Positions 57,278 through 64,000 of a stretch of DNA of 64,000 bases are shown piece by piece. The notes beneath the pieces were generated by a model. It did not search any database. It worked only from the letters and a program-made list of their open reading frames with translations, and was not told where the DNA came from. Made by a program: the position numbers and the translations under genes. This DNA comes from Pseudomonadota bacterium (GTDB lineage Bacteria > Pseudomonadota > Gammaproteobacteria > Burkholderiales > Burkholderiaceae_D), in assembly GCA_040385745.1 (NCBI GenBank), contig JAZKGU010000053.1, positions 10,097-74,096 on the forward strand. Reading direction: 5' to 3'. Positions within the stretch are counted from its first letter, which is position 1. Every line of letters begins with the position of its first letter.

Positions 57278-57334
57278 GGGGCGGCGGAAACTACGCATTC
57301 CCATAAAGCCCGCCGGTCGGTTATAATTGCCGCT

Positions 57335-57432
57335 GGCGGGCCCCTGCGCATTGTGGCATGGCTAACCTGGTCAGGTCGGGAACGAAGCAGCCACGGCCGT
57401 TAACCATAAGTGCCGCAGATCAGGCTCGCCTC
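57335..57432 (+). ncRNA. ffs: Signal recognition particle RNA (4.5S, small bacterial type)
   Basis: Conserved cctggtcaggtcgggaacgaagcagccacgg core, matching the domain IV consensus CCUGGUCAGGUCCGGAAGGAAGCAGCC. The 5' ggcgggcc pairs with the 3' ggctcgcc. TATAAT lies at 57322-57327, just upstream. Confidence 0.78.
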
Positions 57433-57444
57433 CTTATTCGATCT

Positions 57445-58092
57445 TCACTCCAGCGTCGCTTCCAGCGGCCGCTCCGATGCAACCATCAGCGGATTTTCCT
57501 TCGTCAGCACCTCATCGGGCGTGAACCTGATCCGGTTCTTCGCATCCGTTGCCAGTGTGCGCGCGCCAATTTTCACTTGCGCCGGCTTGGCAAACACCAG
57601 ATCCACCGACTTGATCTTGGGAGCGAAAACGCTCAGCATTCCGGCTTCCTTCTTGATCAAGGCATTGGCCTGGCCGACGCTGCCGACCAGGGTGTTGTAG
57701 TTCCATTGGGTTCCCTCTGGCAGGACCGCATCCAGCCCAAAGCTCACGTCCATCTTTTCGCCCTTGGCCTGGTTGATCACCATGCCAGCCTTTTCGGCCA
57801 CCCACTTCGGGTTGTAGACGAAGTTGACGCGTCCGTCGGGACGCACTGTCATCGGCTGGCGCCCGGACGAGTGAATCACGGTCAGCACCACGTCGCTCGA
57901 TTTGATCGCCTTGTTCTGCGGCTTGACGATGGGGTACAGCACCACCTTGTCGCGGTCGGCCAAAGGCTGGGCATGGAACTTGTCGATCTTGATGGTCTCG
58001 ACGATCTTGGTATATGGCGCCCACTCGCGTTCTTCCGCAGCAAAGGCATGGGAAGCGGTGACAGCGAGCATCAGCAGAGCGATTTTTTTCAT
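57445..58092 (-). CDS. Hypothetical secreted protein
   Basis: Internal ATG at 58092 gives the signal peptide MKKIALLMLAVTASHAFAAE. The longer track ORF (to 58311) overlaps the dnaX start. Family not recognised with confidence. Confidence 0.6.
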   Translation of the reverse strand: MKKIALLMLAVTASHAFAAEEREWAPYTKIVETIKIDKFHAQPLADRDKVVLYPIVKPQNKAIKSSDVVLTVIHSSGRQPMTVRPDGRVNFVYNPKWVAEKAGMVINQAKGEKMDVSFGLDAVLPEGTQWNYNTLVGSVGQANALIKKEAGMLSVFAPKIKSVDLVFAKPAQVKIGARTLATDAKNRIRFTPDEVLTKENPLMVASERPLEATLE

Positions 58093-58229
58093 GGTGGTCT
58101 CAGGGTTTTGGAGTCCCGAGTGTAAGGCCGTAATTGCAAAATATAAACTATCAACATACCTTGTTACAATTGCCGTTTGCGCGGCCCGGCATTTCCCGCT
58201 GGGTGCGTCACATACGGTAAAATCCCAGC

Positions 58230-60404
58230 ATGTCCTATCAAGTCCTCGCCCGCAAATACCGTCCCAAGAACTTCGAAACGCTCGTCGGCCAGGAGCACGT
58301 GGTGCGCGCATTGACGCACGCGCTGCAAAGCGGCCGCCTGCACCACGCCTATCTGTTTACCGGGACGCGCGGCGTAGGCAAGACGACGCTCTCGCGCATC
58401 CTGGCCAAGTCGCTCAATTGCATCGGCCCGGACGGCAATGGCGGCATCACCGCCCAGCCCTGCGGCGCCTGCGAAGCGTGTATTGCTATCGACAGCGGCC
58501 GCTTTGTCGACTACATCGAGATGGATGCTGCATCCAATCGCGGTGTCGATGAAATGGCGCAGCTGCTCGAGCAGGCTGTCTATGCACCATCGAACGCGCG
58601 CTTCAAGGTCTACATGATCGACGAGGTGCACATGCTGACCAACCACGCGTTCAATTCGATGCTGAAAACGCTGGAAGAGCCGCCCGCGCACGTCAAGTTC
58701 ATCCTGGCGACGACCGATCCGCAGAAAATTCCCGTGACCGTGCTGTCGCGCTGCCTGCAGTTCAACCTCAAGCAGATGCCGCCGGGGCACATCATCAGCC
58801 ACCTCGATAACATCCTGGGGCAGGAAGGCATCAGCTTCGAGCAGCCGGCGCTGCGCCTGCTGGCCCAGGGTGCTCACGGTTCCATGCGCGACGCGCTTTC
58901 GCTCACCGACCAGGCCATCGCTTACGCGGCCGGGCAGGTGAGTCTCGAAGCGGTGCAGGGCATGCTCGGCGCGCTCGACCAGTCCTACCTGGTGCGCCTG
59001 CTCGATGCGCTGGCCAACCAGGATGGCGCCGATCTCATGGCAGTGGCCGACGAAATGGCCAGCCGCAGCCTGTCCTATAACGGCGCGCTGCAGGACCTGG
59101 GCACCTTGCTGCACCGGATCGCGCTGGCGCAAAGTGTGCCGACGGCGGTGCCGGAAGACCTGCCTGAACTGGCCGACATCCTGCGCCTGGCGCAGGTATT
59201 CGATGCCCAGGAAATTCAGCTGTTCTATCAGATCGCTGTTCATGGCCGCAACGAGATGGGGCTGGCGCCCGACGAGTACGCAGGCTTCACCATGACCCTG
59301 CTGCGCATGCTGGCTTTCCGCCCGGGCAATGGCGGGGGCGAAGGCGTGGCGCCGGCAGGTCCGGCGAGCGCACGTCCCGCTGCGCCGCCGGCACGCCCGG
59401 CCGCAGCGCCGCCGCCGCGCGCCGCTGCAGCAGCCGTGGCCAGCCATGCGGCGGTGCCGGCTGCGCCTGCGCCGCTCGCCCAAGCACCCGTGCAGCAGCA
59501 AGCAGCTGCGCCTGCGCCACCGCCCGCAGCGCCAGACAGCGCGCCGGCTGGGGCTGCACGTTCGGGGCCCGCTAGCGCGGCCCGCGCCGCCATCGATGTC
59601 GCGCTGCAGGCTGCGCGCTCGGGCCGGGGTGGCACGAACACGAGCGCGCGCCGTCCGACCGCTATGAGCAATCAGGCCGAGGCCGCCGCCGCGGTAGCGC
59701 CGCAGCCGGCGGCAGCGCCGGCGCCTGCTGCGCCGCCACCAGCCCCCGCTGCCGCTGCTGCCGACAGGCCCGCTCCGCCGTGGGATCAGCCTGCGTCCGC
59801 GCCGGCCGCGCCATCGGCCCAGGCCGACTATGATGAACCGGCGTTCGACGAGGAGCCGCCATCATGGGCGACCGAGTTTTCCGACGATACGGCGGTCATG
59901 CAGGATGCACCCGCCGTGGCGGTCGCGCCAGTGGCGGCGCGCGCAGCGCGCATGCCCAAGCCGGAGTACATCATCACGCCGGTGCCCGGCATCGAGTGGG
60001 ACGGCAACTGGCCGGCCCTGGCTGCGGGGCTGCCGCTGCGTGGCGTATCGCAGCAGCTGGCCTTGCAGACCGAACTGTGCACCTGCATCGTCGACGGCAA
60101 TGTGACCACCTTCCGCCTGCGCGTGCCGATCGATACGCTGCGCGCCAGCGGCAACACTGAAAAGCTGTGCGCAGCACTGCAGGAACGATTTTCCAGCACC
60201 AAGGTCCATGTCGAAATCGACATCGGCCCCACCTGGTACACCGCCAGCGCCGAGGCGATTGCCGCGCGCGAGCAGTGCCAGCGACAGGCGGAAGAACTGG
60301 TCATGAGCGACCCCTTCGTGCGCGACGTGATGCGCGACCTGGGCGCCTTTGTGGTGCCCGGCTCGATTCGCCCGCCCTCGCCAGGCGCGCCGGCCACGGC
60401 TTGA
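58230..60404 (+). CDS. dnaX: DNA polymerase III subunit tau (gamma/tau)
   Basis: 724 aa. Has MSYQVLARKYRPKNFETLVGQEHV, Walker A GTRGVGKTT, a zinc module CGACEAC, a long Ala/Pro linker, and a tau C-terminal domain. Confidence 0.95.
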   Translation: MSYQVLARKYRPKNFETLVGQEHVVRALTHALQSGRLHHAYLFTGTRGVGKTTLSRILAKSLNCIGPDGNGGITAQPCGACEACIAIDSGRFVDYIEMDAASNRGVDEMAQLLEQAVYAPSNARFKVYMIDEVHMLTNHAFNSMLKTLEEPPAHVKFILATTDPQKIPVTVLSRCLQFNLKQMPPGHIISHLDNILGQEGISFEQPALRLLAQGAHGSMRDALSLTDQAIAYAAGQVSLEAVQGMLGALDQSYLVRLLDALANQDGADLMAVADEMASRSLSYNGALQDLGTLLHRIALAQSVPTAVPEDLPELADILRLAQVFDAQEIQLFYQIAVHGRNEMGLAPDEYAGFTMTLLRMLAFRPGNGGGEGVAPAGPASARPAAPPARPAAAPPPRAAAAAVASHAAVPAAPAPLAQAPVQQQAAAPAPPPAAPDSAPAGAARSGPASAARAAIDVALQAARSGRGGTNTSARRPTAMSNQAEAAAAVAPQPAAAPAPAAPPPAPAAAAADRPAPPWDQPASAPAAPSAQADYDEPAFDEEPPSWATEFSDDTAVMQDAPAVAVAPVAARAARMPKPEYIITPVPGIEWDGNWPALAAGLPLRGVSQQLALQTELCTCIVDGNVTTFRLRVPIDTLRASGNTEKLCAALQERFSSTKVHVEIDIGPTWYTASAEAIAAREQCQRQAEELVMSDPFVRDVMRDLGAFVVPGSIRPPSPGAPATA

Positions 60405-60459
60405 ATACGCACTAATATCGCAGCAATTTGTCTAATTTTTTGAATTCTGGAGAACTACC

Positions 60460-60786
60460 ATGATGAAGAACCAGCTCGCAGGCTTGATGAAACAGGCGCA
60501 AGCCATGCAGGACAATATGAAAAAGGCGCAGGAGTCGCTGGCACTGGTCGAAGTCGAAGGCCAGTCCGGCGCCGGCCTCGTCAAGGTCGTCATGACCTGC
60601 AAAAACGACGTCAAGCGCGTGACCATCGATCCTTCGCTGCTGGCAGACGACAAGGACATGCTCGAAGACCTGGTCGCCGCAGCCTTCAACGATGCAGTGC
60701 GCAAGGCGGAAGCCACCTCGGCCGAGCGCATGAGCGGCCTGACCGCCGGCATGCAGCTGCCGCCCGGCTTCAAGATGCCTTTCTAA
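60460..60786 (+). CDS. ybaB: Nucleoid-associated protein YbaB/EbfC
   Basis: 108 aa with the [18 protein letters not shown]-terminus. Located between dnaX and recR. Confidence 0.92.
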   Translation: MMKNQLAGLMKQAQAMQDNMKKAQESLALVEVEGQSGAGLVKVVMTCKNDVKRVTIDPSLLADDKDMLEDLVAAAFNDAVRKAEATSAERMSGLTAGMQLPPGFKMPF

Positions 60787-60807
60787 GCCGGCGTTCTCGA
60801 CCAAGCC

Positions 60808-61398
60808 GTGTCAAAGTCGCTCGACTTCCTCACTGAAGCACTGCGCCGTCTCCCCGGCGTGGGTCCGAAGTCGGCGCAGCGCATGGCGTTTCACCTTCTG
60901 CAGCATGACCGCGAGGGCGCGGCCATGCTTTCGCGCGCCCTGTACCAGGCGGTCGATACCGTGCACCACTGCGCGCTCTGCAACACCTTCGCCGAAACCG
61001 AAGTGTGCGACCTGTGCCTGAACGAGGAGCGCGATCGCGCATTGCTGTGCGTGGTCGAAACGCCCGCCGACCAGCTCATGATCGAACAGACCCTGACCTA
61101 CAAGGGCCTGTATTTTGTGCTGATGGGCCGCCTGTCCCCGCTTGACGGCATCGGCCCCAAGGATATCCATCTCGACAAGCTGATTGGACGCGCCGCCGAT
61201 GGCGTGGTGGGCGAGGTGGTCCTGGCCACCAACTTCACCAACGAAGGCGAGGCGACCGCGCACTACATCAGCGAAATGCTCAAGGCGCGCGGGCTCAAGG
61301 TCAGCCGCCTTGCGCGCGGCGTGCCGGTGGGCGGCGAGCTCGAATACGTCGACGCCGGCACCATTGCGCGCGCCATGCTCGACCGGCGCGCCACATGA
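60808..61398 (+). CDS. recR: Recombination protein RecR
   Basis: 196 aa with a GTG start. Has [17 protein letters not shown] HhH, a C4 zinc finger CALCNTF...CDLC, and a Toprim domain. Confidence 0.93.
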   Translation: MSKSLDFLTEALRRLPGVGPKSAQRMAFHLLQHDREGAAMLSRALYQAVDTVHHCALCNTFAETEVCDLCLNEERDRALLCVVETPADQLMIEQTLTYKGLYFVLMGRLSPLDGIGPKDIHLDKLIGRAADGVVGEVVLATNFTNEGEATAHYISEMLKARGLKVSRLARGVPVGGELEYVDAGTIARAMLDRRAT

Positions 61399-62603
61399 TC
61401 AAGGCGGGGGCGCTGGCCGGCATCAAGGTGCTCGAACTGGGCACCCTGATTGCAGGGCCATTTTGCGCGCGCATGCTGGGTGAATTCGGCGCCGATGTCA
61501 TCAAGGTCGAAGCGCCCCAGGGTGGCGATCCGATTCGCCAATGGCGCATTCTCAAGGACGGCACTTCGCTGTGGTGGTCGGTCCAGTCGCGCAACAAAAA
61601 AAGCCTGACGCTCAACATGAAGGATGAACGCGGGCGCGCGATTGCCAGGCAACTGGCGCTCGAGGCCGACATCATCATCGAAAACTACCGCCCCGGCGTG
61701 CTCGAAAAATGGGGCATCGGTTACGAGCAGCTCAAGGCCGAGAACCCGGCCACCATCATGGTGCGCCTGTCTGGCTTTGGCCAGACCGGGCCGATGAAGG
61801 ACCAGCCGGGCTTTGGCGCCATCGGCGAATCGATGGGCGGTCTGCGCTATGTGTCGGGTCATCCCGACCGTCCGCCGGTGCGGGTGGGCGTGTCGATCGG
61901 CGATTCGGTGGCCGCGCTGCACGGTGTGATCGGCGCCATGGTGGCGCTGCGCCATCGCGATGCGACGGGTGGGCGGACGCACGGGCAGGGGCAGATGGTG
62001 GACGTGGCCTTGTACGAGGCCGTGTTCAACATGATGGAGTCGCTGGTGCCTGAGTTCGATCATGCCGGCGTGGTGCGCGAACGCACCGGCGGGGCGCTGC
62101 CCGGCATCGTCCCGTCCAATACCTACACCACGGGCGATGGCGAGAACATTGTCATTGCCGGCAATGGCGACGCTATCTTCAAGCGCCTGATGCTGGCCAT
62201 CGGCCGCATCGATATGGCGGGCGATCCGCAATTGACGCGCAACGACGGCCGGGTGCCGCGCAGCGCCGAGATCGACGCGGCCATCCAGGCCTGGTGCGAC
62301 ACCCAGCACATCGACGGCGCGCTGGCCACGCTGCAGGCTGCCGATGTGCCGGCCGGTAAAATCTACTCCGTGCGCGACATGATGAGCGATCCGCAATTCT
62401 TGGCGCGGGACATGTTCGAGCAGCACGAATTTGCTGACGGCACCCCAGTCAAGATGCCGGCGATCACGCCCAAGCTGTCAGCAACGCCGGGGCAGACGCG
62501 CTGGCTGGGCCCGGCATTGGGCGAACACAACGATGAGATCCTTGGCGCGCTCGGTTACAGCGCGGACGAGATAGCGTCGCTCAAGCGCGACCAAGTACTC
62601 TAG
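61395..62603 (+). CDS. Family III CoA-transferase (CaiB/BaiF)
   Basis: 402 aa. [32 protein letters not shown]-terminus, typical of the family. ATGA overlap with recR. Confidence 0.85.
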   Translation: MIKAGALAGIKVLELGTLIAGPFCARMLGEFGADVIKVEAPQGGDPIRQWRILKDGTSLWWSVQSRNKKSLTLNMKDERGRAIARQLALEADIIIENYRPGVLEKWGIGYEQLKAENPATIMVRLSGFGQTGPMKDQPGFGAIGESMGGLRYVSGHPDRPPVRVGVSIGDSVAALHGVIGAMVALRHRDATGGRTHGQGQMVDVALYEAVFNMMESLVPEFDHAGVVRERTGGALPGIVPSNTYTTGDGENIVIAGNGDAIFKRLMLAIGRIDMAGDPQLTRNDGRVPRSAEIDAAIQAWCDTQHIDGALATLQAADVPAGKIYSVRDMMSDPQFLARDMFEQHEFADGTPVKMPAITPKLSATPGQTRWLGPALGEHNDEILGALGYSADEIASLKRDQVL

Positions 62604-62717
62604 CCAAACCCGCGCCTTGGGCTGCCGGCGCGGACCCTGCCAAAGCTCGGGTGCACTTTGCGTGCGCTCAAACCCGCTCCAGGATGCGCTGGTATCGTGG
62701 GCTCACTTTCGTGGGCC

Positions 62718-63860
62718 ATGCGCATGCATCTCGTCGATATCACCATGTTCTATGCCGCCGAGGGCGGTGGCGTCAGTACCTACCTCAACGCCAAGGCGCG
62801 CTGGCTGGCGCAGCGCAGCCGGGTGCGCCACACCATTCTCAGTCCCAATGTCGACAGCAGCGGGGCGGCGCCGCGCCTGCTGCATGTGCCCGGCATTGCG
62901 CTGCCCGGCTTTCACGGCTACCGCTTGCCGCTCAGCGTGGGCGCGCCGGCGCGCATGATGCGCCGCCTAGCGCCCGACCTCATCGAGGCGGGCGACGCCG
63001 GGCACGGCGCGCTGGCCGCCCTGCGCGTCAAGCGCCGCCTGGGCGTGCCCGCCGTCGCCTTCTATCATTCCGACATGCCGCAGCTGGTGCGCGACCGGCT
63101 GGGCGCGGTTGCCGCGTCGGCCGTGCGCAATTACCTGAGCTACTTGTACCGCCAGTTCGACCTGGTGCTGGCCCCGAGCGAACTGATGGTGCGCCAGCTG
63201 GCCGCCATGGGGGTGGACAGCGCCCTGCACCAGCCGCTCGGTATCGACAGCACCATCTTTCATCCGCGCCGCGGCGAGCCTGATTTGCGGCGCAGGCTGC
63301 AGCTGCCTGCCGAAACCCGCTTGCTGGTCTACGCGGGGCGCTTTACGCCGGAGAAAAAGCTGGCGCTGCTGATCGAAGCGGTGCGCAGGCTGGGCCGGCC
63401 ATATCACCTGCTGCTCATTGGCGGCGGCGCGCCGCTGCCGATGGCGCCGCACGTCAGCCACCTGCCGTTCTGCCGCGACCAGCGCCAGCTCGCGCGCCTG
63501 CTGGCCAGCTGCGACGTGCTGGTGCACCCGGGGGACTGCGAAACGTTCGGCCTGATCGTGCTCGAAGCAATGGCCTGCGGGCTGCCGGTAGTGGGCACCA
63601 GCGCGGGCGGGGTGGCCGAGCTGGTCGATGCGTCCACCGGCGTGCTGGTCGAACCCAACAGCGTGGCGGCGCTGTGCCAGGGTATCGACACGGTGTTTGG
63701 CGCTGACCGCGCGTCCATGGCCGGCGCCGCCTTTTACAAGGCGCGCGCGTTGTACGACTGGAATGCGATTCTGCCGCAACTGATGCGGCGTTACGGCAGC
63801 CTGCTGGCCGCGCGCGGACGGGCTGACCTGGATGTGGAGCGCCTTTGTGTCGCCGACTGA
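62718..63860 (+). CDS. Glycosyltransferase (GT4/GT-B family)
   Basis: ATG at 62718 (MRMHLVDITMFY...). C-terminal ETFGLIVLEAMACGLPVVGT, an E-x7-E type motif. Confidence 0.8.
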   Translation: MRMHLVDITMFYAAEGGGVSTYLNAKARWLAQRSRVRHTILSPNVDSSGAAPRLLHVPGIALPGFHGYRLPLSVGAPARMMRRLAPDLIEAGDAGHGALAALRVKRRLGVPAVAFYHSDMPQLVRDRLGAVAASAVRNYLSYLYRQFDLVLAPSELMVRQLAAMGVDSALHQPLGIDSTIFHPRRGEPDLRRRLQLPAETRLLVYAGRFTPEKKLALLIEAVRRLGRPYHLLLIGGGAPLPMAPHVSHLPFCRDQRQLARLLASCDVLVHPGDCETFGLIVLEAMACGLPVVGTSAGGVAELVDASTGVLVEPNSVAALCQGIDTVFGADRASMAGAAFYKARALYDWNAILPQLMRRYGSLLAARGRADLDVERLCVAD

Positions 63861-64000
63861 GCAGGGCGCCTTGTGCGTTGCCATTCACGATGTGGCGCCG
63901 GCGACCTGGGCCGAGTGCCAGCATCTGCTGCATGCCATGCAGGCGGTGGCCGAGTTTCCCATCACCTGGCTGGTCGTGCCGCGCTATCACGGGGCCAGCG
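63832..64000 (+). CDS. DUF2334-like (predicted polysaccharide deacetylase fold) protein, N-terminal fragment
   Basis: Own translation: MWSAFVSPTEQGALCVAIHDVAPATWAECQHLLHAMQAVAEFPITWLVVPRYHGAS. Overlaps the glycosyltransferase 3' end by 29 nt and runs off the window. Confidence 0.5.
   Translation, partial: MWSAFVSPTEQGALCVAIHDVAPATWAECQHLLHAMQAVAEFPITWLVVPRYHGAS

Noticed and set aside
56984-57304. 106-aa minus-strand ORF overlapping the ubiD end and the palindromic element (contains HPVFPAKAGIH).
   Set aside because: It is a translation of the repeat element itself. The PAKAGI-type peptide is a known artefact of this kind of palindromic repeat.
58230-60404. Possible programmed -1 frameshift or transcriptional slippage site in dnaX producing gamma.
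   Set aside because: I could not find an A-AAA-AAG type slippery heptamer or a long A-run anywhere in the gene. The Ala/Pro-rich stretch (~59330-59870) is simply the tau linker. Absence by eye is not proof, and a dedicated scan would settle it.

Overview
A visibly GC-rich, gene-dense chromosomal window, with G/C dominating third codon positions and long spurious shadow ORFs opposite almost every real gene. Gene content and order look betaproteobacterial (Burkholderiales). An Oxalobacteraceae-like origin is an inference only. Most of the window is core housekeeping: argG-argF, rsgA, orn, the complete ybgC-tolQRAB-pal-cpoB cluster followed by tRNA-Lys, glyA-nrdR, riboflavin genes, nusB, ubiD, and dnaX-ybaB-recR. 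Three RNA elements invisible to an ORF track can be read directly: a ZTP (pfl) riboswitch upstream of glyA, an SRP (4.5S) RNA upstream of dnaX, and tRNA-Lys(UUU). Accessory-looking content includes a type IV pilus minor-pilin/PilY1 operon sitting between nrdR and ribD, and an RND efflux pair. It also includes a polytopic-membrane patatin-like phospholipase with small orphan neighbours, a Gly/Thr hexanucleotide-repeat lipoprotein, orphan sensor kinases, a GGDEF-EAL protein and an M16 peptidase. Two families of extragenic palindromic repeats are present. I see no CRISPR array, IS element, integrase or recognisable defence operon. I found no convincing novel multi-gene system. The most unusual items are the membrane-anchored patatin locus, the Gly/Thr-repeat lipoprotein, the degenerate RibA-like domain of the ribB fusion, and the interrupted nrdR-rib-nusB cluster. 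All product calls rest on motif recognition by eye, and coordinates of RNA and repeat features are approximate to a few nucleotides.
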